Shown: positions 25,301 to 37,700, counted from the stretch's first letter. The stretch is 64,000 nucleotides of DNA from Phoronis australis (GCA_002633005.1 NMRA01000275.1:333827-397826); one strand, 5' to 3'. The notes: generated from the letters alone by a model not told the origin. Numbers and translations are program-made.

Positions 25301-28300
25301 TGCGGGAAGCAGGTGATTTAAATATGCTGCCGCTAGTTACTTTGGCAACCATACATGTGCTAATGATTGACATCTGGTTTTTCTTCTAAATACTTTGAAC
25401 CTAGTTTGAACAATGTAACATTTTATATAGTATACATTGTATATTTTTTATGTGTTGAACGCCGACACCAACCTCCCAGAATTTGTTCAAAGCACATGCT
25501 CAACAATCAGACGATACTACTTTTAGGCAATAGGGGTGGTCAGTCGGCTGTGAAAATAATGAAGCAAAAACACATGATGTAAAAGTCAACAGGCAAATCA
25601 AGAGTTGAAAAAAATAAGTTTTCGACCAGGTAGATGTGGATAATATGTTCGACTTGCGCTTAATTACAAGTTGATTTCTTGCGCTGTTGCTTTTGGTTGG
25701 GCGCTTCCATGTTGGTGTTACGAGTGAGTCATTAAAAACATGCGTTTAACGAAGACACGGAACAATGGCCAATATCTGCTTCTATTCAAAACAATGCATC
25801 CAAAATAATGTTGATGGAGTTTCCAAAATCGTTGTTCATGTATTAGCCGAGTGTGCTCGTGTTTTTTATTTCATTGCTCAGGGTGGTGATGTTTCGTGTA
25901 CTGTCATAGGGAATCCACAAAGGTAGGCCATGGACTTGAAATTCTTGTCAAGTACCGCTTTGTTGGTTCTTCCACGGCAATGAAATACATTCGACATGTG
26001 CTGTCTCAATGGTCAGTGCATGCTGACACGAGTTCCCCGCGTGAGCCAAAGGAAACAATTGTGTCTCCTTCAGCAAAGAGCATGAGAATACAGGTATTTT
26101 ACTGCCATAGTAAGGCAAGTTCCTGGTTTTGCTAAAACTGATTGATTGTCATTGAAAGGTAAGCGAGTTGCGCACGTTCTGGAATCTTCGTTTTTGCGAG
26201 ACGAACGTTCACAAAAGCACACACTCTTTTACTGAGGTCTCGATCATAAAAATTTTGGGAGTGGGCGGTAAGCCGAGCATGGGCGGTAACCCGTACAAGT
26301 ATGGTAAATGTCAACTGCTCTGAATACTGCCTTGGTGGAAATAAATTTTCCGATTAATTGGTTGAATGCAACATTTCGCTGATTAAGTGTGTTAGAAGAG
26401 ACAGGAGGTAATTTAAAAGAATCCATAAATATCAGCACACAGTGCCCTCTCTTGAACTGGGACCAAGGTCTACACTTACCTCCTATGTATTCGAACATAC
26501 TTAATCAGCAAAAGGTGGGAAACTCCTCACTCATCGAAAAAGGCCTGACGGACCAGGACGAAACGTCTGCGTCGAACCTGAATCGTCTCTAAGTAATTTA
26601 TTATCTTCTATTCCAACTTTTCTTTGGACACTGAGAATCATCAGCGTCAGTTGACAAGCTGCTAGTTTAACAAACTTACGGCACAGGTCATAGTAAGAGA
26701 TAATGGAATTTTGGGAATGGCATCATCTGCGGGGGGGTATTATAGCAACAGTTCAAGGAGGTCTGAAAGGTTTAGAAAGGTATCGTCATAGCTCATACTT
26801 AAAGAAAATGAGAAATGCTGATTAACAAAATGAAATGCAAGTATTGTTTTTTACTTTTCAGCTGATGGATACCATCCCACATGCAAAGAGTCGAACTGTG
26901 ATACTATAGAACTCACTGGGATTGAGGTGTGCTTTGTATTACTTTTGAACATATCAATATGGTGTTTCACTATTGATAAAGCAGTTCTGTTAGACTAATA
27001 AGTGTTACAAATTAATAGTAACAGTAAGTAGATGCTGCAGTACTACAGTAGTAGTGACTGTAACAATAGCAGTAGGAGGACAAATCTTTCTAGTACAGTT
27101 GGTATTAACCGATTTTCCAGGATTAACGAATGGTTACTGCTACTACTATAACTGGTGGTAGAAGTAAGTTTCAATTTGCCCTTCATACATATGTTGTAGG
27201 TATGGTCCAAACATTGCTGAAATTCTGGTATTACAACCATGACAATTTTGAGACATCCAGTTGAGAAAACAGATAAAGTCTGAGTCTAATACTGGAATAA
27301 AAACTTACAAAAGTTAGCGACGTTACGCATTGAGAGTTCCTCTTTAAATAAAAGAGGTGGTTTAAGATTCGATTTGTCACACGTATGGGATGGTGTTCTG
27401 ACGTCAATGCCACGCCGTCTGGTCAAAACGCCACCAATTGGCCAGAATAATGATAACGTAACAAGCCAAGCTGAAGTTCGAGATGCAGACGCAACGTTGC
27501 TAATGTTTGTAAGTTTTTATTCCAGTGTTAAACTCAAACTTTATCTGTTACATTTAATACTCTTTTCTGTTAAGAGTGCACTTTCAACACATAGCCTCAG
27601 CAGGATGGTATGCCACAATGCAACATGAATGGCCTAATAGCCTCCAGTGTCTCCTCAGATCAAGAGTGATCCATGCATAGAGTGGGTTTATCTATGGGTG
27701 TTATTTGGTCATAAGCAATGGGGAACAATTTGGGAGTTACATGAAGTTTAGAGGAAAATCTTTTGGGACATGTATTTCTACAAGACAAGCTAATGCAGAT
27801 GGGACTTTTAATTGAGCTCGAAATGGTGTTGGATTGCTGTAACTGTAGAGTTCTCGCAAACAAAAATGATTTAATGAAGCCCTAAGGTTAACGTTCATAA
27901 TTTAACTGTATAAGGAACCAACTACACTGTGAACTCTTTGTGTAAGTGCATTCGTAATTTTTCATGGTCGTGTAGCATACTCCACTCCTGTTTATGAACT
28001 GGGGATTAATCGTATTTTTCTTTCAACAGGTGGGTCATTCTTTTTTACTGGGCACAAAGTATTCATCTGTGTTCAGAGCTCAGTTCTTACAAGAAAACGG
28101 AAAACCTGAGTAAGTCTTAAGTGCTGTCTTTATTATCCCATTTCACAGAAAACTGAAAAGCTGAGTATTAAGGACAACAATTAAAATTGTTGTCCTTATA
28201 CCACATTTCACTGAACTGTGATTGTTCTATGCTTTCCTTGTTCTTACAATCTGTAATGAATAATAGAGAGGATAAAACAAAACTTTTAAAAGGTATTGGA

Positions 28301-30270
28301 ATCTGTAATAACCACTGTGTCACAGTGGTTCCTTTGGCCCTGCTTGAAAGAAGGTCAGCAAAAATTCCATGATCAGGAGACAGCAAAGTGCATTCCCATC
28401 GAAACGGAAGCAGTGATTGTCTGAAATGAAGTACAGTATAAGAGACTAGAAGAAATTAATGTTTTTATTTTATTTTTACATGGTAAGAATTTTCGAAAAA
28501 CTACTGCACTTCAAGATGTTGTCTTTCCTAGGTTACTTCAGATGGGTTGCTACGGGCTAGGTGTATCTCGAATACTGGCTGCGTGTATTGAGGTACTCTC
28601 CTTTGACGATCAGATAAGGTGGCCTGCGCTGATAGCACCATATCAAATCTGTGTTATACCCCAGAAGGTAGGTGGAAATTAATATTGATCTATGTACTTC
28701 CAGATTACCCTTAGTGTTTGAAGTGGAACTTGCAAGCTAATTCCTTACTCCTGTAATTGCTTGATCAAATTAGATGGAAACTCAACATATAGCGATGATG
28801 TGAATATGAAATAGGTTGAAAATTGCCAAATGTTTTTAAGAACAAGTTTTATGCCTTGGTGAAAATTGTCTGCCGCAAATCACTAAACCATGTTGTCTAG
28901 TTAAGTATTGTGACGTGGTGCTGGGCAACAGCACTGCAAGATGCGGGCTATGTGAGCTCGCGAGGTGCATCATAAGTTCAAAGGTCACCCATTTGCACAT
29001 TTTTTTGTTTTCACATTCACAAGTTGACATTGTGCACTTTGTTTAACGTAGATTATGTTAAAAAGCATTGCCATTTTAAATTAGTTCCTGCTATACATTA
29101 GCATAGTTAGGAGCATGCAAATAAATCTTTAAACAGACAACTCGTGTAAACCTAGTTAAAGGCATTAGTTGCTAGCAAGTTACAGGAACTTACTCCAATT
29201 TTTATGTAACGCGATGCTTAGCTGTATTTTGAAACAAGTTTGAAACAACTGGCTGTACTAGAAACCAATCTTTGCCATTACAGGCTGGGTACAAAGCTGA
29301 CATTACTTATCAGCTGTGTGTACAGCTTCAGGATGCCCTGTCTTCACATTCTGCTCTCTCTGACGAGGTTGTACTCGACGATCGTCTTCAGCTCTCCATT
29401 GGCAAACGAATGTTTGAAGCTAAGAAGATGGGATATCCGTTCATAATAGTAGCAGGAAAGAAGGTAAAAGATGATTAGACGGATGTATTGTTGGACTATA
29501 GAGTTGTGGAAGGCAAGAGCCATTGTCTAAGAACTCAAGGAAAATGTTGGAACATGAGTGGTTTTCACAAAACTTTTTTCTTTAAATTTTATGTTAAATA
29601 GTAAAACTAGTAAAACTAAAATGACGTGCTACACCCTTGAGAAAGAGCGCATCGCTCGATACGAGGGGATATTTTAATAGATTTTAGTACCAACGCTCAT
29701 CATTTTAATTTTACTAGTTTTACTATTTTGTAGTTTATTTGTCGGTAACTGCACGGCATTGCAACATCTATTTGATTTAAATTTAAATCACTATCCTTAA
29801 CTGATCCCCAGTTGTTCATTACACATATTAGAAATGATTTCTAGGCTTTGAAGGAACCTGCAGTTTGTTATTGCTTGAGACCAACCAGATAAGCAGTAAG
29901 TCTTTTTATGCACTGATGCTGTTTTCATTAACCAACATTTGTCACAGTATTAGTACTTTGTTCTCTGTCACCCAAGTATGCATTGATCATGATGCCATAA
30001 TTTTAAGTGGCACAGAGAAGTTGCAAGAATCTTTTATACTAGTTGAGTACGGTGACATCACACTTTTTGTTCCAATGCTGTAAATTACAGAAAAATTCAG
30101 AGACATTTGCTGATTAGATGGTCTGATTATCTGTTATTTTTCATTCCTGGTCATTACAGGCGTTAGAAGATCCTCCGCTGTTTGAACTCCTGGACCTTCA
30201 CGATGAGTCTGTGCAATTCTTGACAAAAGAGCAGTTGTGTCAGAAGTTGTCCACGGTAGAGACAGTATAG
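13390..30270 (+). CDS. PARS2: Mitochondrial proline--tRNA ligase, ~448 aa
   Basis: GT-AG exons in consistent phase: 13390-13521 (M...RLLVSRMF...SCKSQK), 17213-17390 ([20 protein letters not shown]), 19294-19367 ([11 protein letters not shown]...CLGP), 20739-20819 (THEEPVT...LYQ), 21286-21358 ([24 protein letters not shown]), 22949-23056 or identical 23401-23508 (DLYTFDSSE), 24015-24108 ([12 protein letters not shown]), 24776-24810, 26862-26926 (TGIE), 28030-28109 ([15 protein letters not shown]), 28532-28667 ([15 protein letters not shown]...WPALIAPYQ), 29284-29463 (LDDR...[11 protein letters not shown]), 30160-30270 (stop TAG). Class II ProRS motifs and the anticodon-binding domain are present. 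Confidence 0.96.
14112..14355. mobile_element. MITE with TTAA TSD (Kolobok-like)
   Basis: TTAA|GGTTTTCTAGGACCTTAATAAATGAC ... GTCATTTATCAAGGTCCTAGATATCC|TTAA. Confidence 0.7.
15300..16648 (-). mobile_element. Non-autonomous pogo-like TIR element related to 6258-7731, in opposite orientation
   Basis: TA|CCATATTCACCCTAATAGGCGCCC ... GGGCATTTATTAGGGCGAATACGG|TA. Subterminal sequence is shared with the 6258 element. Confidence 0.8.
17775..18113 (+). repeat. ~340-bp dispersed repeat, copy 1 (others at ~28775-29131 and ~59950-60579)
   Basis: Shared blocks GAAACACAACATATAGCGA, GTTGAAAATTG, GATGCGGG.TATGTGAGC and GCATGCAAATA.ATCTTTA. Confidence 0.75.
18367..18700 (+). mobile_element. Truncated copy of the Helentron/HINE-like element seen at 1-882
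   Basis: CATATTTATATGTGGACGCATTATGCCGT...GCGTCCG..CCGCTGCTCTA...ATGAAATTT is the reverse complement of 770-860, followed by CTAGTGGCA monomers. Confidence 0.7.
19551..20075. mobile_element. PIF/Harbinger-type MITE
   Basis: TIR GGCCCTTTCATACT ... AGTATGAAAAGGCC, with internal repeats of TTCATACT and GAAGTTAAC. Confidence 0.6.
21501..21865. mobile_element. MITE (TIR TGAAGTGACATT) enclosing a tRNA/SINE-like segment
   Basis: TGAAGTGACATT ... AATGTCACTTCA termini. Minus-strand 21540-21612 reads CAGAGCATTAGACTGCGG...GCAGGTTCAATTCCGCAC, which is B-box-like. Confidence 0.5.
22801..23560 (+). repeat. Direct duplication of PARS2 exon 6 plus flanks across a single-N gap, with an 18-bp tandem repeat (ACAGCACACTATTATAGT)
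   Basis: 22801-23110 resembles 23253-23560. The exon copies are identical and the flanks differ by a few SNPs/indels. There is an N at 23112. The 18-mer occurs x2.5 in one copy and x5.5 in the other. Confidence 0.9.
24880..26304 (+). mobile_element. Non-autonomous pogo-like TIR element with HIRAN-like remnant
   Basis: TA|CCATACTCGTTCTGGTTACCGCTCA ... TGGGCGGTAACCCGTACAAGTATGG|TA. Internal decayed frame: [42 protein letters not shown]. Confidence 0.75.
26310..26645 (+). mobile_element. Penelope-like retroelement 3' fragment (GIY-YIG C-terminus plus hammerhead-like motif)
   Basis: ORF 26389-26592 [29 protein letters not shown] fits the Penelope KE.I.I...P.LNRD.G..LP.IY tail. It is followed by GAAAAAG-GCCTG-loop-CAGG-ACGAAACGTC. 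Confidence 0.7.
27265..27549. mobile_element. Foldback MITE
   Basis: ACAGATAAAGTCTGAGTCTAATACTGGAATAAAAACTTACAAA pairs with TTTGTAAGTTTTTATTCCAGTGTTAAACTCAAACTTTATCTGT. Confidence 0.75.
28775..29131 (+). repeat. ~340-bp dispersed repeat, copy 2
   Basis: Colinear similarity to 17775-18113. Confidence 0.75.
29597..29729. mobile_element. Small palindromic MITE
   Basis: AAATAGTAAAACTAGTAAAACTAAAATGA pairs with TCATTTTAATTTTACTAGTTTTACTATTT. Confidence 0.65.
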
Positions 30271-30944
30271 TTGCCGATGTTAGAATTTTCATCCAGCCTG
30301 AGGACCTCTGCTGTACAAGTAACTGTGACTTACCATTAGTTTATAGTGGGTTGACAGGCCAAATATTTGTAGGGTACTCTTATTATCATTTGTTGTCATG
30401 TCATTCTAAGTAGGGTCACTCTGTTCGAGCAGAATGTTAATGGTAGAGTCCATGCTTGTCCAAAGCTACTGGTAAGGTGTCCCATGTTGCATGGCCTGTA
30501 ATTCACAAACATTGCTTTTCCACAATTCCCTGTTTCCATGTCAGTGAGCTTCCTCATCTGATAATTTAGAAAAGGCACATTTCACGAGTATGTTTTTCAA
30601 TAAGCTCAAACATGTGACTTTCTGCTGATAATAATTACACAAACATCAGGGCACACTTATCAGTCCTGAAAGTGTGGCATGATGGCATATTCATAAACTA
30701 ATTAGCAAACAACGACCGAACTTATAACAACCGAGATAGAACAATAACTGACTCGGCAGCTCTCACAGTCAGACTATATGAAAAGAAATTAGCACGAAAT
30801 TCTTGCCTCCCAAAACATCACTTCCGGAGTAGAGAAGGAATAATTAATTAAATTATGAAAAGCTTTAATTAAGTTGAATATATGTCTGGGATAGCCAACG
30901 AACCTTATTTTTGCTAAAAAAGATATGAAAAAAGGTTGCCTTTA

Positions 30945-31280
30945 CCTTTAATGCAAGTTCTCTGAGCTGTAACGATGTCTCCTGCTGTTAAGGAAAAACC
31001 TCTCGCTAGCCACAGATGTGGCGGACATGCAAAACAGTTTCAGTCAAGATAGATGCGGATAAATTAGTCTGCTTTCATTCTACCAAACAAGTGGCTCACC
31101 ATCCAAGCATAAACTCTTGGCAGGATTGTAGTTTGGTATTTTTTGTTTGACATCTGAAACAATATTTGGCGCTTCATCTTTGACCACAAACACTTCCCCA
31201 AATAGGTTCTCCATAAAGATTTTTGCTTTTTTTGGAAACTGGTTCACTTGTCTGAGTTGAAGTTTCCTTAAGGTCACTGT
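30945..31280 (-). pseudogene. hAT (ZBED1-like) transposase relic, C-terminal dimerisation domain
   Basis: PLVW*...YPHLS*..LFCMSATSVASERF/..TAGDIVTAQRTCIK corresponds to the hAT PATS..SER.FS.AG motif, with stops and a frameshift. Confidence 0.8.
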
Positions 31281-31939
31281 CAGTCATAGCAACATTGTCA
31301 ACCTGTGACATGGCATCACTCCTAGTGGGCTCATTCTCAGTCTTCACAACACTGCAAACCTGTATTTTTTCTATTATTTTTTAATTCAGAAAAGATAGTG
31401 TAGAATTTTGGAAAAACTTCTAGTCCCGACCATCAACAGCCTTTGATAACACTCGAGGTAATTGAGCATAATATCACTATAGGCAACCGTTGGCCACTTC
31501 CGCATATCATTCATAAGCTGCACTCCTTATGACATACCTTGTATTTCCATATGCTTATCTTATTCTTGATTCATCGAAGAAGACATTTATTTGATAAACT
31601 GTACACAAAGATTGGAATTTATATTATAGCGAGTCTGATGGAAAATTGATAGGATTTTACACTGTCACATATGACTGACGCAAAGTTGAGTAAGCACTGC
31701 AATAGAGTCGACGCTACTCGACGGGAATGGCACACTATTGTGACTGATACTGTGCGCTAACCGTGAATATTCCAGGATATGAGGATATTTTACGTTTGGC
31801 TTTCCCAAAATGTCTGCCTACCTTTTTGATTTGGTGGAAGTTATAGTTGACCAATCTGGCTCATAGAGCTTTTTTAACTCTCACCCTGCTTTAAGCTTGT
31901 TTTTCAATGATGCTTAACCTGAAATTAGTCAACATGAAT

Positions 31940-32450
31940 ACCACATAAACAATTTCACTGGCAATTGCTTTCTCAGAATCTGAAAAGATTTTGTATAGCC
32001 AATGTCTCACCGCATGTGAATTTGTTTAGAGGCAAAACATCTGTCCTTTAGTACTGTTTGACTATCAAGTTGATTCTTGCCCTTCATGGTACATTTACTG
32101 TGACATCCTGAGCTGAAAACAAATCTTTCACTGTGATACCTTTTTCTACCAAGTTAGAATCCCTAGCATCAAACAAATCTCTGATTTTCACCAATTCATT
32201 GCACTCAATAATCTGGTGATCACTGCCCGAACCTCTGTAAGCTGGACTGACATAAGTGACAAGTGTGCCCTTGACCTTATTCTGATCATGATCTTCAGTG
32301 TGCTGCACTTCTTGTATGTTCACCACATAATTGAATTGGAATATCTGGCATTGAGTATGACCCTGGTGTTTGTGAACAGATGGTGGACATGGAAATGTAA
32401 ATCAATGACTTCTCTGCTAGGCCTACTTCAAGCTCCTTCATTTCAAGGTA
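31940..32450 (-). pseudogene. ISL2EU/PIF-Harbinger-superfamily (DDE_Tnp_4) transposase relic
   Basis: PSREVID...NTRVIL, then YVSPAYRGSGSDHQII...RDSNLVEKGITVKDLF..QDVTVNVP, then KGKNQL...FASKQIHMR*DIGYTKSFQIL. These are degenerate G..SD, ADKGF and R.HIER.IG motifs. Confidence 0.7.
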
Positions 32451-33765
32451 TATTATGGTTATTTTCTTGCCTGTCGTATCAAGTCAACCTCTACAAATTT
32501 GTTGACTCTGAGGTACATTGGCTGTGATTTGATTAGTTTGCACTTTGAACATGTTTTACCTATTCGTTAGGTATTGAAAAAAACCTATTGGAAATAATTC
32601 ACAGCTGTTGGTGTATTTGTCTGAGTTGCAAGGATTTAAAGACATCAACAGCCTCCAAAGGACGGTGTCCCTCTATGCTTGAAGAGTACTTAATAGCAAT
32701 GTGGCTGTGCTGGTAATGCCAACCAAAATGTTCACCACTGAACAAATGTCTCAGTTAACTCTTAAAGTACTGTCATAAGCCAGTCGTCAACATCTCATAC
32801 AGAATGACGCAATTAACTGTACAATGATGGATGGTTTTCTTTTGACGTTCACCATGTATGTACAACACTGCATTTTATTCTTAAACAATTATATGAGTAA
32901 TTATGTATATCATGCATATTTAAAATTATTTTTATCAAAATGAAAATTCCACAAAAATTGCTCGATTTTAGGAGCCTTTCAGGAATTGACTTTAATGTCT
33001 AAATTGTCATCCAAATTCATTTGATTGCACACAACCATTCACAGATCTTTGCATTGTTTTTTGGTACACAATATGCTCGCTCATGGTCAGTTTGGTTTTG
33101 AAAATTTTATACTAACATGTTTTGCCCTAAGTATAATGAACTTAGCAGCCATGACTGAATATTTAGCTACTTTAGCTCTCATATTGTATTTGTGAAGGCG
33201 TTGAAGCCTTGCTTAGAATTCCAACATTTGGGCACAAAGCAACACACATGCCATTTTGCACTTTTGACATTAAATTCACCCAGTGTCGTCAGTGGGAAAA
33301 ATGCCATCTCTATCCAGACTGAGCTGAGAGAGTGTCTTATGTACAGCGGTAGGGTATTTAAGATGAAGGGGACCATTTGGAGACTCCAGTGATAGTGTTG
33401 GGGCCCGTATTGGAATCCGGTCTGAATGGAATATTTCGATTAGGGGAGTTACCGTATCTGGATGCTGATACGGGCAGCCCGTATAGGATATATTTTATGA
33501 TTTAAATTTGAAATGTTAAATTGAGTACAAATCATTGTAATTTGGTATATTTTCAATACAATCGACACAATATATAATTATTATAGTTTTCAGTTTATGA
33601 CAGGTACTCACAATGTCGTCCAAGAATAGTTAGCTACAGCAATATTTTGACATATTCAAGCAGGGAAATAATAATCATATTTATTACAGATGGGAAATGG
33701 TTCCTGTTTTTGAATGATAATCTTAGAGGATTATAGTATATTACTCACACTGACATAGAGCTTAG

Positions 33766-34342
33766 CCCTTATCCTGCGCTAGGCGAGGTCAGCCAACATG
33801 CCAATTATCCTATTAAAATTCGTTGGGTGTACTCAATCGACTATAATAAGTTACAGCTGGGCTGCACTAGGAGAGTGCACTCACCCCAGGACACTAGTGA
33901 TTTTCATTCAGAAATTGTAAGAGCCCTGGAATGTTGTTTAGATATGTGACCACAAGCATTCCATACTTCACAGTTTCCTCTACAGTTCTCCAATTTAAAC
34001 CATATGGCTGTGATTACTTGTTTGGGAGATATTGGCAGGTTTATGTAAGTGTAGACACTAGTTTCATTACATGGCTGGAGCCATACGGGAGAGGATGACA
34101 GTGGATCAGTTTGCTTTCACCAAGGCTATGATAAAGACTTACACATGGTGAAAATCTGCACAAGTTTTGTATTGACTTCCTTTCTGTTAATTTAATATTT
34201 CCCCTTCAAAATTCCAATTTAAAATTGTTAGGTCATTAGTCTGGGTGACCTCCATAACAGCTTAGTGCACAGCAGTAGTGGTGACCTACTTAGCTCAGCA
34301 CACAGGGAAAGTAGTCTGAATAGAGGCTCAGCAGGATAAGGG
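33766..34342. mobile_element. piggyBac-type MITE with TTAG target duplication
   Basis: TTAG|CCCTTATCCTGC ... GCAGGATAAGGG|TTAG. Confidence 0.7.
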
Positions 34343-34419
34343 TTAGAGTAGCAACATATTTGGATGACCAATACCCAAAAGCTACAACTTTCAATACACT
34401 CTCCGTCTTTTCCTTGAAT

Positions 34420-34570
34420 GCTTCAAAAACTGTTCACATGTCTTGCTGATCTACGTCTGCCATTGATCTTCCGGGATGGTTTTCTTAAAGTGTACGCAAT
34501 CTCTTCACATTCTGTGCATTCTGTCCTTGGCTTCTTCTGATCAGGTAAGCGGCAGACGCAATGCGCTAGT
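34420..34570 (-). pseudogene. Decayed PHD-finger coding fragment, probably transposon-derived
   Basis: HCVCRLPDQKKPRTECTECEE/..CVH.KKTIPEDQWQ has PHD-like Cys spacing with frameshifts. Confidence 0.45.
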
Positions 34571-34798
34571 ATTGTGTTCAACGACAGTGTGACTCAATGG
34601 CGCATGTTGGTTTCAGCTTACCTGTTTTCACACATTAAGTACATGCTCAATCTCAATAGCTTAGGCCTGCTCTGCTTGTTCTTGCATGTGCAAGCTCTGC
34701 CTTTTCCAGCTCTTGTTTATGGGTGCGCTCTGCCTGTTCCAGTTCCCGTTTATGGGCACGCTCTTCACGCTCCAAGGCCTGCTGCAAGAGCTCCTCTG

Positions 34799-37700
34799 TG
34801 TAGTATATTACTAATAATTACTAAGAAAAGAGTATATTTCTACTTAACTAAAAACACGTGATCCCCGGAAGCCCCGCTACCAGAGACTTCTCGTGGTGAT
34901 CTCACAAACTAGTGAGCAGGGTATACCACACTCCTCCCTTCTAGATGAGACTAACAAATTGCTTAAATGTCCTTAAAATAAAGTTCCATCACCATTAACA
35001 CTAAAGTTCCATGGAGAACTACAAATACACTAAACTAATGTTCAGCTAAGTCACAAATCACAAATCCAATCTGTCCGGTGCCTTAGTAACACGAGTGGAC
35101 CTGCGCAATGACACCTGTTCAGGTGACACAGGTGCAGAGTATGAAAATCCCGAGTCCGAATGCGTGTTTGAATCACTGACTGGTTCAGCTGGTGAATCGC
35201 TAGCCACAACTGATGCCTGGTCCGCAGATATCTGCTCTGAATTAAGTTCAACGCATTCAGGCATAGAAGAATCGTCCGCAATAAGGTGATCAGCATGTAC
35301 GAAACCATAATTGTTTCCATACACTTGCGCTACATATGTCAATGATCCAGTAACCTTGGTGACAACACCTGGAATCCATTTCTCCTTCCTACCGCGTGTT
35401 TGCCGAACGCGCACATGTTGATAATGATTGTACTGTCGCAGTTTAGGTGTTTGACCATCATGAGTGGATTTCTGGCAACTTTGCTTCCTTTCCACAGATT
35501 CCTGTAAGTTCGGTTTCAGCAGGGTGAGCTTAGTGTGTGGAGCACGTTTCAGAAATAGTTCGGCTGGAGTTTTGTCAGTGACAGAATGTGGCGTGTTGCG
35601 ATATGAGAACAACAAGTTCGATAAGCGATGCGACAATGGCAAGCGTGTATTAGATTTGTCCAACATGTCGTTGAAAATCTGCACATATCGTTCCGCCTGT
35701 CCATTACTAGCAGGATGATAAATGGGACTGAACGTGTGCTTGACACCATTCAAGAGCGTAGAAATGTCTCAAATTCTGCGGATCGAAACTGTGGGCCATT
35801 ATCTGACACAAGCTCATAGGGCAAGCCATAAGACGCAAACAGCTGACGTAATTTCACAATCGTGTGAGTTGAAGCCGTTCCCAACATGGGAAACACCTCT
35901 AACAACTTGGAGTGGCTATCCACAACAATAAGATAATCCTTACCATCCTTTTCAGCATAATCGATGAGTACTCGCTGCCAGGGCCTGGTTGTCCATGGCC
36001 ACGGAATCAATGGCGAAGGTTTTTGCATGTTACAAAATCGAGCACAATAACCACATGAACGCACTAAATCCTCAATGTCCTTATCCAGGCCAGGCTACCA
36101 AAAGTAACCCCTGGCGAACGATTTCATCCGCACCATACCGGTATGCAAATCATGGAAATCCAACATAAGTTTAGCTTGAAACTTTTTTTGGTTGGTATAA
36201 TAACTCGATGGCCCCACAAAAAGCAACCATCTTCAAGTGACACTTCATCTCTGCGCACAAAATACGGTTGCAGTTCAATACTATCGACATGATCAGGCCA
36301 GCCATGCGACACAAAATCATATACCCTAGAAAGAATCTGGTCCTTAAGGGTAGAATCATGGATCTCAGATGCCGTTACCGGAATAGAGTCCTCAGTAACA
36401 AAAGTGAATCGAGTAAGTCTCCACTTTAGACGCAGTTTCGGGCTGATCCACGGGAAGACGACTCAATGCATCAGCATTTGCATTCAGAGGTGATCGTTTG
36501 TGCACTATCTCAAAATGGTAACCGGATAACACCAGTGCCCAGCGTTGTAAACGAGCAGCTCCGATCGTTGGAATTCCAGCCTTAGGCCCAAAAATGCGAA
36601 TAAGCGACTCGTGGTCAGTAACAAGAGTGAACATACGACCAAATAAGTACATGTGAAAACGCTTCACACCAAAAATCGTAGCTTTTAAGTCCCTCTTTCT
36701 CCACTTGTGCATAGTTCTTCTCTGCAGAACTAAGTGTTCGCGAAGCGAATGCAGTCGGTTTATCCGAACCATCAGGCATCTTGTGGCTTAAAACCGCTCC
36801 CACGCCATAGGAACAGCTTAGAACAAACGGTCTTCTGGGATCGTAGTGCACTAACTCATGATCACTTAACAGCTGGCGCTTACATTCAACAAACGACTTC
36901 TCGCAGGCATCACTTCAATGCCATTCGACATCCCCATGCAGCAGTGCATGCAAAGGGTGTAACAGAGTAGACAAATTACGAATGAACTTGCCATAATAGT
37001 TCATCATTGCGAGAAACGATTTTAGTTCATCCACATTTTTAGGTCGAGGAACCTGTGAGATAGCCTCCACTTTGTCGGCTGAGGGTCGCACGCCATCCAC
37101 CGACAAGGAGTGTTCGAGAAACTGGATCTCCGACATAGCAAATTTACACTTTGATCTGTACAGCTTTACGTTATATTTGCTGAGACGTGCAAACACCAGT
37201 TCGAGAGTGCGAAGGTGTTGCTCTAGGGAATGGCCTATCACCAAAATGTCGTCGATGAAACATATAACGTTATCAATACCAGACAAAATTTTATCCATTG
37301 TAGCCTGGAAAATGGATGGTGCCGTATTTACTGCAAATGTTAGATGGCGTGGTCGCAACAAATACTTGTGAGTGTTCAAGGTGAGTAAGTCGGAAGAATG
37401 GTCATCTAATCGCAACTGATTAAATGCACCCACCAAATCAAGCGAAGAGAACAAACATGGCGTAGAATCGTCATGTGCCAACTTGGCAAACAAGTCTTGA
37501 GTATTAGGTAACGGATATTTGTCATCCTCCAACTGAGTGTTCAATAATTTGTAATCGCCACAGACGCGAATAATGGGACCGGAGGACTTCACTTTCCTGA
37601 CGTTCACAGTGGGCGACGCCCACTTACTATCTTCCACACGCTCACAACACCACTTTGTTCCATGCAACTGAGCTTGGCCTCCACCGACTCCTGAATTGAA

